Shown here in pieces: positions 7,390 through 15,383 of a DNA stretch of 37,506 bases. Origin of the DNA: an uncultured euryarchaeote (GTDB lineage: Archaea > Nanohalarchaeota > Nanosalinia > Nanosalinales > Nanosalinaceae); NCBI GenBank assembly GCA_937132175.1, contig CAKZNU010000049.1, positions 1-37,506 on the forward strand, given 5' to 3'. The number at the start of each line of letters is the position of its first letter. Positions within the stretch are counted from its first letter, which is position 1. Made by a program: the position numbers and the translations under genes. The notes below the pieces were generated by a model. That model saw only the letters and a program-made list of their open reading frames with translations. It did not search any database and had not been told where the DNA came from.

Positions 7390-9039
7390 TCAGCTCTGAG
7401 ATTCTTCATCACCTCTTATTTTATCCAGCTCGGAATCTACCTCCTCAGTGAACAGTCCATGGTCCTCTAGATAAAGCTCTATGTACTCTGCGATCCTATC
7501 CGCTGCCAGTATGTTTTCCATTATTACGTAGTCCGCTCCAACATCATAGAGTTCTGTTGCGTCCTCAAGTGACTGTGCTTTGACCATCCTCACAGCCTCT
7601 TCAGCCTCCTCTAACAGCTTGAGATTCAGGCTTTTTTCATCCGACAGGCTGATTACGAAAGCAGCTTCCTGCAGGTTTGCTCCTTCCCTGATTTCACCGT
7701 GCTTGAAATCGCCATAGATATATTCGTACGGTGATTCTCCCAGTAACTCTGTATTTTCAGGATCCTTGTCTATCACAAGCACATCGTATTCCCTGTGAAG
7801 TTTCTCACAGATTTTCTCCGCTATCCTGTCGTATCCGATGACTACTGCATGGTTTTCAAGTCGGTTGATCTCTATGTCTTTCTTTTCCTCTGACTCCAGC
7901 CACTGAAGGAGATGCTCGACTTTTTGGTAAATTTCCTTGTTGTAGTTGATTAGGTAGGTTGATAGGCCTATCGTCAGCAGAGCCATCAGGCTGATGTATC
8001 CCAGTATGTCGTTCCCGACATAACCTTGCTGGACTGCTAGAGCACCTACAACCAGTGAAAACTCGCTGACCTGTGTCATGTTGATGCTTGCTATGAAGGA
8101 TGTACGTGGGGTGAACTTCATCCTGTCGATAAGGTAGAACATGATCAGGAAGTTTCCAATCATCAGTATACCGGATGCCATAACTGCCTCAACCCAGTAA
8201 GCCTGTAAGTTGTCTATGGAAAGCGTTAGGCCAAGCGTTGAGAAAAATATTACCATGAAGAAATCTGTTAGCGGCCGGATACGTTCCTTCAACTCTTCTC
8301 TATAAGGTATCTGGCCTAGCCCAAGTCCTGCTAGGAAAGCCCCTACCTCGACCGAAAGACCGAGATACCGTGCTAGAGAGATGAAAAGGAACGCCCATGC
8401 GATACCGTGAACAAAAAATGCGTGTTTGCTGTCTGCAACTTTTCCGAATACTTCTTCGAGGACGTAGCGTGATGAGAGAAGGGACAAAGCCGCAACCAGG
8501 GCTATGAGCCCGATTATCTTGATTAAAGTTCCGGGAATCTGGTTTGGCTGGGTCAATGTACCTGATCCTATGAGTGCCACTATCAGGATTAGATAGATGT
8601 CCTGTAAGACGAGCACTCCGACATCCAGTTTTCCTGGTAGCGTCTTCAATTCATCTTTTTCGGTCAGAATCTTTACTATAACAGGGGTAGCACCGAAAAC
8701 TGTACACAGCGCTATTATGCTGGTTTCAAAGAGTTCAAATCCAAGAACATAAGGTACTACAAACGCGAGCCCGGTCTGTAAGACTGTCTGACCGACAGCT
8801 ACTATGGATATAGGCTTTAAAATCTCTTTAATATCCTCTAAGTTCATTTCAATTCCTACAAGGAATAAAAGAAACCCCAGACCTAGCTCAGACATCAAAG
8901 TAAGGGTCTGGGTCTCTCCGACTATATCAAGGAGTGTTGGTCCGAGAACGAGACCTGTTATGAGATAGGCCAAGAGCACAGGTTGCTTTAACTTCCTCGC
9001 TATGACAGCCAAGATGGTAGCTGTCACAATTATCAGCAT
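7390..9039 (-). CDS. Kef-type (CPA2) cation:proton antiporter with C-terminal KTN/RCK domain (possible ATC start at 9072)
   Basis: ARKLKQP, SELGLGFLLFLVGIE, VLVLQD, GAFLAG, QVSEFSLV and HAVVIGYD...GADYVI. Confidence 0.92.
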   Translation of the reverse strand: MLIIVTATILAVIARKLKQPVLLAYLITGLVLGPTLLDIVGETQTLTLMSELGLGFLLFLVGIEMNLEDIKEILKPISIVAVGQTVLQTGLAFVVPYVLGFELFETSIIALCTVFGATPVIVKILTEKDELKTLPGKLDVGVLVLQDIYLILIVALIGSGTLTQPNQIPGTLIKIIGLIALVAALSLLSSRYVLEEVFGKVADSKHAFFVHGIAWAFLFISLARYLGLSVEVGAFLAGLGLGQIPYREELKERIRPLTDFFMVIFFSTLGLTLSIDNLQAYWVEAVMASGILMIGNFLIMFYLIDRMKFTPRTSFIASINMTQVSEFSLVVGALAVQQGYVGNDILGYISLMALLTIGLSTYLINYNKEIYQKVEHLLQWLESEEKKDIEINRLENHAVVIGYDRIAEKICEKLHREYDVLVIDKDPENTELLGESPYEYIYGDFKHGEIREGANLQEAAFVISLSDEKSLNLKLLEEAEEAVRMVKAQSLEDATELYDVGADYVIMENILAADRIAEYIELYLEDHGLFTEEVDSELDKIRGDEESQS

Positions 9040-9156
9040 GAACTGAAGTGGAAGTATATTTTCTGCTAAGATCCGTGTATCACCCTGGAGTATGTCTCAG
9101 ACTATGATACTGAACATTTACACTTCTGTTCAAAAATCCGTGGTCAGTCGCCATCT

Positions 9157-9735
9157 CTACAGTAGTTTTTCTAACTCCTGCTTCTTAATAGGTCCCTCTC
9201 GGTGTATGACCACCTCGTCGGAATCGACCTCTGCGATCGTGGAGGTGGGTGAGGGATCAAGCTTTCCGGCATCGATCACATGATCGACTTTTTCCAGGAG
9301 TTCCTCTGAGATATCTTTTACCGAATAAGATGTTTCTTGTCCGGAGATGTTTGCACTTGTAGCGGTGATAGGACCTTCCGAGGCCAGTTCGGAGGAAACC
9401 TCTGAAGGCGAGATCCTGAATGCGAAGTCCTCGTTTAGGTTTTCAGGAACCTTCTCCGTCTTTTCAGTTACGAGCGTAAGAGGGCCTGGCATGAGCTCCT
9501 CGATTATCTTTTCCTCTTTCTCCGTGATCTCTGCGTACTTCTTCGCGGTCTCGAGAGAGTCGACTATCGTGGTCAAACCCTTGCTGTAGGGTCTGTGCTT
9601 TGCTTTATAGACTTTCTCTACTGCTTTGGGGTCTGTTGCGTCCGCGGCTATGCCGTATGCCGTCTCTGTTGTGAAGATGACGATACCGCCTTCCCCGATT
9701 TTTTCCCTGGCTTCCTTGACGTCCTGGTCTACCAT
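9157..9735 (-). CDS. sua5: Threonylcarbamoyl-AMP synthase (Sua5/YrdC/TsaC, YrdC domain only)
   Basis: TETAYGI, KHRP, PGPLTLV, TATSANISG and PTSTI; overlaps the kae1 stop with a GAGGTGA SD. Confidence 0.93.
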   Translation of the reverse strand: MVDQDVKEAREKIGEGGIVIFTTETAYGIAADATDPKAVEKVYKAKHRPYSKGLTTIVDSLETAKKYAEITEKEEKIIEELMPGPLTLVTEKTEKVPENLNEDFAFRISPSEVSSELASEGPITATSANISGQETSYSVKDISEELLEKVDHVIDAGKLDPSPTSTIAEVDSDEVVIHREGPIKKQELEKLL

Positions 9736-10700
9736 GCTGTTTTCACCTCGTCTGGCCTCCAGTCAGGCCTTACCCCGGATTCGGTAATAGCGAGTTTCTC
9801 TCCGTTCTGGAGTCTCAACATCCCCTGGTGTGCGATCATCGCCCCGTTGTCCATGCAGTATTCCTGTGGCGGGAAGTACGCATCTTCGTTTCTCTGTTCA
9901 CACATCTTCTCCACCATCTCTCTCAGACGTGAGTTCATTGCAACCCCTCCGGTCAGCAAGGCATTTCCTGTTTTCTCCTGGCTCATCGCTCTCTCCAGGG
10001 CTTCTACTGCTGCAGCGTATCCGTGTTCCTGGAAGGAGTTTGCAATGACTTTCTCGGATACTTCTTCATGCATGCGTCTTGCCTCGGTTGTGAGCCCGGA
10101 GTAGGATAGGTCCATGCCCTTGATCGGGTAACTCATCTCCTTGATCTCGTCTGTTTCGGAGGCAAGTCTCTCTATTTCAGGGCCGCCGGGATGTGGATGA
10201 CCCATCTCTCTGGCCAGCTTGTCCAAGGCGTTTCCCAGTGCTATGTCCTGTGTCTCGCCCATTATCCTGTATCTGCCGGATCTGAACGAGAGTATCTGTG
10301 TGTTTCCTCCCGAGACGTACAGTGTTGTGGGTTTCTCTGCTTCTGTGGTTCTTTCCCCGATCGAGATATGTGCCAGGCAGTGGTTTGCTCCTGTCAGGTC
10401 CAGGCCGTGTTTCACTGACAGTGCTCTTGCTGTCACTGCACCTACCTCGAGACACTGCGGTATTCCTGGTCCCCGGGAGAAGGCTATTCCGTCGAGTTGG
10501 CCCGGCTCCAGTCCTGCCTCAGCCAGTGCGTTTTTTACCTGTGTCCTTGCCTGCTGGTAGTGATGCTCAGCAGCCTCCCTTGGGTGAATACCTCCTTCCT
10601 CAGGCTCAAACATATCCTTCTGGTTTGCAAGAACCTTTTCTTCGTCAACTATTCCCGCCCCGAAGGTGTGTGCGGTTGATTCTATACCGAGAACCTTCAT
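9729..10700 (-). CDS. kae1: KEOPS tRNA N6-threonylcarbamoyltransferase Kae1
   Basis: LGIESTAHT, GIHPREAAEHH, NHCLAH, YVSGGNTQ, GETQDIALGN, GGVAMN and DNGAMIA. Confidence 0.97.
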   Translation of the reverse strand: MKVLGIESTAHTFGAGIVDEEKVLANQKDMFEPEEGGIHPREAAEHHYQQARTQVKNALAEAGLEPGQLDGIAFSRGPGIPQCLEVGAVTARALSVKHGLDLTGANHCLAHISIGERTTEAEKPTTLYVSGGNTQILSFRSGRYRIMGETQDIALGNALDKLAREMGHPHPGGPEIERLASETDEIKEMSYPIKGMDLSYSGLTTEARRMHEEVSEKVIANSFQEHGYAAAVEALERAMSQEKTGNALLTGGVAMNSRLREMVEKMCEQRNEDAYFPPQEYCMDNGAMIAHQGMLRLQNGEKLAITESGVRPDWRPDEVKTAW

Positions 10701-10739
10701 CGGGTCAGGAAGAGAAAAGATGTAGAGATGAGGGGTTTT

Positions 10740-10886
10740 TCAGTGCTGTGTGTATCCGCACTTGCCACAGCTTGTTCTGTCGTCGTGTTCCGCGAGAAAG
10801 CTTCCACAGACAGGGCATTTCTCCCCGTCGAAGCTGCCGTCCTCATTGTACTTTTCGTACATCTTCACTGATTCATTCTTTGACAT
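10740..10886 (-). CDS. rps27ae: 30S ribosomal protein S27ae (eS31), 48 aa, absent from the ORF track
   Basis: Manual translation [48 protein letters not shown]; CPxCG...CGKCGYT zinc ribbon in the conserved position between rps24e and kae1. Confidence 0.95.
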   Translation of the reverse strand: MSKNESVKMYEKYNEDGSFDGEKCPVCGSFLAEHDDRTSCGKCGYTQH

Positions 10887-10892
10887 CTTGTA

Positions 10893-11324
10893 TCACTGCT
10901 CCTCAAGCCAGTCGATGAAGGTTGTCCTTGATTTGTTCTCCTGTTCGGCCTTCTTCAAGGCGTCGTAATCCGGGTCCTCCAGCTCGGAGATCTCGTTCTT
11001 TGCGTCGGTAATCGTTCCCGAGACTATGTCTCTGTATTTTTCCGGTACCTGTACAGGAGCTGTCCCGTCGGTTTCTTCTTCGAGATCCTCTCTGTACTCG
11101 AAGTCTTCATGGACCTGAATGTCTACCTGGGAGACGTTTCTTCCGTATCCTGTGTGTATTTTTCCCACGTTTACGTTTTCTGTATCCACGTTGTTTTCTG
11201 CCGAGAACCTGTCTCTGATGTCTTCTCTTGAGGGTGTAGAGTCTCCGTCGTGTTCTACCTGTGCTGTGATTTTTCTTCTGTCCATCAAAGGGTTCTCTCT
11301 CACCGATTCCATCTGTATTTCCAT
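10893..11324 (-). CDS. rps24e: 30S ribosomal protein S24e (eS24) with a C-terminal extension
   Basis: ENPLMDRR, TPSREDIR and TGYG; conserved position. Confidence 0.9.
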   Translation of the reverse strand: MEIQMESVRENPLMDRRKITAQVEHDGDSTPSREDIRDRFSAENNVDTENVNVGKIHTGYGRNVSQVDIQVHEDFEYREDLEEETDGTAPVQVPEKYRDIVSGTITDAKNEISELEDPDYDALKKAEQENKSRTTFIDWLEEQ

Positions 11325-11327
11325 AGT

Positions 11328-11516
11328 CTATCTTACCTTTATTGCGTATCTTCCTGGTGTCGTGATTTCAAGTCTGTCCGCTATCTCCGAGTCCTCTACA
11401 TCGTAAACTACTGCTATACCGCTCCAGTTCGATCTTAGATCGTTGTTCTTGTCTATAGGACATTCCTGTGCGTCCTCTACCAACCTGTGACATTCAGAGC
11501 ATGCTTTCTCTGTCAT
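11328..11516 (-). CDS. spt4: Transcription elongation factor Spt4 (RpoE'')
   Basis: MTEKACSECHRLV...CP...NWSG...SEIADRL...PGRYAIKVR; the ATG overlaps the rpoE' stop (ATGA). Confidence 0.93.
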   Translation of the reverse strand: MTEKACSECHRLVEDAQECPIDKNNDLRSNWSGIAVVYDVEDSEIADRLEITTPGRYAIKVR

Positions 11517-12085
11517 TCTTCTTCCTCCTCCTGTTCTTCTTCCATTTCCTCCTCGTACTGTTCTATCCAGCATCTCTTTCCGAGGCCTGGCTGCCTTGTC
11601 GTCAGGTTTACCTTGTTGGAGTCATCGTTTCCGAGGCTTACAGCTATCATCCTGGAAGTGACTACGTCCCCTATCTCAAGCGCTTTGTCCCCTTCCTCGG
11701 ATACAAGCATGTCGTTTTCCTCATCTAGGTTAACGTATTCATCCATAACCTGTGAGACGTGACAGAGTGCGTCCAGAGGACCTATACGTATGAAGGCTCC
11801 GAAGCTGGTGATATCGACTACCTCCCCCTTCACCACTTCCTGGAGCTCAGGCTCGTAGACGATTGCGGAAAACTCTACGTCGTAATGTATTCCTGCATCC
11901 TCTGGCTGTATCTCTCCGCCTTCTATGCTTTTTACTTCTTCGACAGCCAGGATTACTCCCATGTCCTCAACTATCTCTCCTTCAACGTTGAGGGTGAGAG
12001 AGGACATTACACTTTCCTCGACCTCTCCTCCGAGATCCTCCGGCTGTACTCTTATCGAGTCTTCCATCTGGAGCCTTTTGTACAT
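11513..12085 (-). CDS. rpoE1: DNA-directed RNA polymerase subunit E' (Rpo7)
   Basis: PELQEVVKGEV, FGAFIRIGPLDALCHVSQVMD and LTTRQPGLGK; Glu-rich tail. Confidence 0.96.
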   Translation of the reverse strand: MYKRLQMEDSIRVQPEDLGGEVEESVMSSLTLNVEGEIVEDMGVILAVEEVKSIEGGEIQPEDAGIHYDVEFSAIVYEPELQEVVKGEVVDITSFGAFIRIGPLDALCHVSQVMDEYVNLDEENDMLVSEEGDKALEIGDVVTSRMIAVSLGNDDSNKVNLTTRQPGLGKRCWIEQYEEEMEEEQEEEEE

Positions 12086-12161
12086 TTTTAATTCTACCTC
12101 TACGGAACAGTAACGGAACCCGGTCTAATTTTTAAAAACAGGAAGGCGGTACCGGTATGTT

Positions 12162-12542
12162 TCAGTGTCTCAGGCTGTCCCTGTTTCTGACCTCTAGATG
12201 GTTTCCTCCACGCACTATTATGACCTCTGCGTCTTCATCCAGTAGTCTCTCCTTGAGCTCTCTGTCGTTGGTTCCTACCACGAACTCATCACATATCTCT
12301 ACCAGAAGGTCGTCTACCTCTCCTTCTCCCTCGGTCTCCAGAACCTCTATGTTTTTCGTCTCCAGAAGCTTCTCGACGAGATCAACGTATCTCCCCTCCT
12401 CTATGCTTTTGGCCTCCTGAACTGCATCCTCCAGGGTGTAGACCTTGCTTTCCGGGTAGAGACGTTCTATCTCCTCGAAGATGTCGAAGCCCAGCTGGAA
12501 CGGAGCCACCAGGAAATTAGTATCCAACATTATCTTATCCAT
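12162..12542 (-). CDS. PIN-domain protein (Fcf1/Utp24-like)
   Basis: IMLDTNFL, VDDLL and VGTNDRELKERL; conserved position upstream of rpoE'. Confidence 0.88.
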   Translation of the reverse strand: MDKIMLDTNFLVAPFQLGFDIFEEIERLYPESKVYTLEDAVQEAKSIEEGRYVDLVEKLLETKNIEVLETEGEGEVDDLLVEICDEFVVGTNDRELKERLLDEDAEVIIVRGGNHLEVRNRDSLRH

Positions 12543-12594
12543 CGTCCTTGATCTACGTTAAAATGTATTAAAGCCTTCCTTATGATCTGGAGAC

Positions 12595-13620
12595 ATGGAG
12601 TTTGATTACAGGGCTTCCAGCCTCAAGAAAGTGGAAATTGATGAAGACACAGAGATAGTATACAGCGGCCACAAGCCCCAGGTAGGTGATGTCGTTGCGG
12701 TAAGAATTACTCACGTCAATGAGGATTACAGCGAGCTTGATCTCGAGGGCGGAGAGCTTGTCCAACTCCAGCAAGGCGATGTAGTCCTCGGGGTCCTGGG
12801 AAACCGTTCCGGAGTCAAAGGTTACATAGGAGAGGTTCCTGATTCTCTGGATAAAGGTGGCTCCATAGAGTTTCTGGGGTCTGGAGGCATCTTCGGAAGA
12901 TATATTTCAGGGGCTAGAGAGCTCGATCAGCCCTGTGAGGCAGAGCTTCTGGGATACGTAAGTCACAACAGCACTATTCTTAATACACGTGACTTTGGAA
13001 CCGATCACGCCAGAGAGGTTGAGGCCGACGCAGACCTTGTAGCAGTGGTTGCCTCAAGGATGGATGCCGGCAAGACCACTCTCGCAAGTAAACTGATCGA
13101 GGGTCTCAGCCAGCAGTACGATATTGCGTCACTGAAGCTTACAGGCTCTGCACGTGAGAGGGATCGTCTCCAGATGCTTGAAGCTGGCTCGAAGAGATCC
13201 TATGACTTTGTGGATGCCGGTCTGCCGTCCACGGTACACGACACGGATCTGGTGGTATCCGCTGCGAGAGGACTTGTCAATGAGGTTTGGGACGATGACC
13301 TGGACTTTGTTGTCGTTGAGTTTGGTGCGGGTCTAGTGTCTAATTACGGCGTTAAAGAGGCTCTCAGAAACCTTGACATAAGAGATCAGATATTCGGCGT
13401 CTCCGTGGTCTCACTCGATGTTATGGGTGCTCACGGACTGAAAGATGTACTGAATGATATGGATTATGAGGTTGATTTTGTCTCCGGCCCGATAACAGAT
13501 ACTACGGTTGGCAGGGAAACCGTCGAGAACCAGGTTGGAGTTCCGGCTCTGAATGCATTTCAGGAGGAACACGTTGATGAAGCCGTAGAAATTATTTCCC
13601 GAAGCTTTGAGGAAGACTGA
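12595..13620 (+). CDS. DUF1611-like P-loop NTPase domain protein
   Basis: N-terminal GDVV...LGNR...GGIFG region, P-loop VASRMDAGKTT, KLTG, DFVDAGLPST and VVVEFGAGL. Family assignment is from motif recall. Confidence 0.7.
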   Translation: MEFDYRASSLKKVEIDEDTEIVYSGHKPQVGDVVAVRITHVNEDYSELDLEGGELVQLQQGDVVLGVLGNRSGVKGYIGEVPDSLDKGGSIEFLGSGGIFGRYISGARELDQPCEAELLGYVSHNSTILNTRDFGTDHAREVEADADLVAVVASRMDAGKTTLASKLIEGLSQQYDIASLKLTGSARERDRLQMLEAGSKRSYDFVDAGLPSTVHDTDLVVSAARGLVNEVWDDDLDFVVVEFGAGLVSNYGVKEALRNLDIRDQIFGVSVVSLDVMGAHGLKDVLNDMDYEVDFVSGPITDTTVGRETVENQVGVPALNAFQEEHVDEAVEIISRSFEED

Positions 13621-13624
13621 AACC

Positions 13625-14515
13625 CTAGTTTGACATCTCGTCCAGGGCTCTGGCCTTCATGTACTCCATAAATCTCTCCGCCATGTTACGTTCCAGAACC
13701 TCTTCGGTTCCCTCCACTCCGGGACATGCATTGATCTCTCCGATGTAGAAGCCTTCTTCCTCACTTTCGTCCTCGATAATATCTATTCCTGCGATCTCAA
13801 GACCGGAAAGTCTAGCCGCACCTACAGCAGCCTCTTTCATTTCCTCTGATGGATCCACTCTCTGGCGGTTTCCGCCTGTTGAGATATTGGATCTAAACTC
13901 CTCCTCGTTTCCACCTATCCTCTTGTATGAGTACGTCTCGTCTCCGACCACGATTACCCGGATATCCTCTCCAGGATTCTCTATGAACTCCTGCAGACAT
14001 ATATCCTGCTCGAAGAGTGTAAGAGTATCTGTGATAGGTCCAATATCGGACTTCGAGTCTGCCTTCATAACTCCTTTGCCTCCGTAGCCCGATATAATCT
14101 TTATCACTGCCGGATATCCCAGCATCTCTCCAGCTCTCTCTGTCTCTGAGGTCGAGAGTGTATAGGTTGAACGTGGAACAGGTACGCCTCCTTCCGCAAG
14201 CACCTTCATCATATGGAACTTGTTTGATGCGATCGCAAGCGAATCCGACTCCATCTGTGTGTAGACGTCGTTGTCCTTCAGGACTCCGGGTATATGTTCT
14301 CCGTACATGAGATCGCTTCCCAGTAGACGCAGATAGACTGCGTCGAACTCCGTGAGATCTGTGTTTGAGTACATCAGCTTCGTTCCCTCTTCGGTATATA
14401 CGGTTCTTACACCTTCAAGGGGCACTCCAAGCACTTTATCGAAGTGTTCTTTGCCTTTCTCGATAAAGTGATGGTGCTGTGCTGATTTCTTGCCGTAGAT
14501 AACCGCACATTTCAT
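13625..14515 (-). CDS. RimK/LysX-family ATP-grasp ligase, catalytically intact
   Basis: NK...VPVP, YPAVIKIISGYGGKGV, QEFI, DIRVIVVG, FRSNISTGG, GIDII and EINACPG; start set at MKCAVIYG. Confidence 0.92.
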   Translation of the reverse strand: MKCAVIYGKKSAQHHHFIEKGKEHFDKVLGVPLEGVRTVYTEEGTKLMYSNTDLTEFDAVYLRLLGSDLMYGEHIPGVLKDNDVYTQMESDSLAIASNKFHMMKVLAEGGVPVPRSTYTLSTSETERAGEMLGYPAVIKIISGYGGKGVMKADSKSDIGPITDTLTLFEQDICLQEFIENPGEDIRVIVVGDETYSYKRIGGNEEEFRSNISTGGNRQRVDPSEEMKEAAVGAARLSGLEIAGIDIIEDESEEEGFYIGEINACPGVEGTEEVLERNMAERFMEYMKARALDEMSN

Positions 14516-14553
14516 CTGAAGCCACCTTTCTGATCTCTGTATTTTCTTATCAC
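14512..14553 (-). CDS. Putative 13-aa mini-ORF (MIRKYRDQKGGFR) bridging the two ATP-grasp genes
   Basis: The GTG overlaps the upstream stop (GTGA), the TGA overlaps the downstream start (ATGA), and a GGTGA SD lies 6 nt before the GTG. Confidence 0.4.
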   Translation of the reverse strand: MIRKYRDQKGGFR

Positions 14554-15383
14554 AGGTCTTCACCGTCCTTGAGGTATCCGGCTACCCGCCCGTACACGTT
14601 TTTTCCACTCTCCTGTTCAAACATGTCCAGACGCGGATCTGTGTCCATATCGATGATTCTGTCTCCCTGCAGTCTTACACGGCAGATGCTGGTTCCTATT
14701 GATTCAACAGCTTTCTGAACCGTCTGTTTCTGGGTGTCTGATACCCCGTAGTATGAGAATCCTGTTTCTCCGCTTTCTTTCCATGGAGGGTTATCCGCCT
14801 TCAGGCTTATTATCTTTCCATCTATGTACAGAAGCTCGAAGACTTCTTTTTCTTCATCATGTTCTTGGATCATCAGGAAGTCTTTCCCGTGCTCAGTTAC
14901 CTCTGCGAAGCTTTTGAGCTCGTCGAACCCATCAAAAATCTTGGTCTCCACCAGCTGGAGGTCGGAGTACTTCCTGGCCAGTACAGGAAACTCTATGTTT
15001 TTCTGTAGCTCTGTCATACCTTTCTCCGTTGAGATACTTGCCTGTGGCGGTATTGTACATCCTTTGTCTGCCAGCACCTTCGCCAGGTAAGGCTTCTTTG
15101 TCAGTATAAATATAGAGGATGTATCTATGTTGCATCTCACGTCCTTAACGCTGAGTACCTCCAGTAGAACCCGGGTGTAGTTGAAGGCTTTGGGCTCGGG
15201 CTTCAGGTAGACTGCGTCCCAGTTTTCGATTTTCTTCCCGTTCACCAGAACCTCTGAGATATCTCCTGTTTCTGCGTCTATCATGACATCTGCCAGGGAA
15301 CTTGAGTCTACCTCGTCGAAGTATTCCCTGAAGCTTTCAGCCTCTTTCTCGTAGTCACTGGCCAGTATCAGAAGTTTGCTCAT
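14550..15383 (-). CDS. Degenerate RimK-like ATP-grasp protein
   Basis: Colinear with its neighbour (DAVYL, K..L...L...G..IP, FPVL, MIQE) but lacks the Gly-rich loop, FRSN and ExN motifs. Start at MSKLL behind a GGTGAT SD. Confidence 0.75.
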   Translation of the reverse strand: MSKLLILASDYEKEAESFREYFDEVDSSSLADVMIDAETGDISEVLVNGKKIENWDAVYLKPEPKAFNYTRVLLEVLSVKDVRCNIDTSSIFILTKKPYLAKVLADKGCTIPPQASISTEKGMTELQKNIEFPVLARKYSDLQLVETKIFDGFDELKSFAEVTEHGKDFLMIQEHDEEKEVFELLYIDGKIISLKADNPPWKESGETGFSYYGVSDTQKQTVQKAVESIGTSICRVRLQGDRIIDMDTDPRLDMFEQESGKNVYGRVAGYLKDGEDL

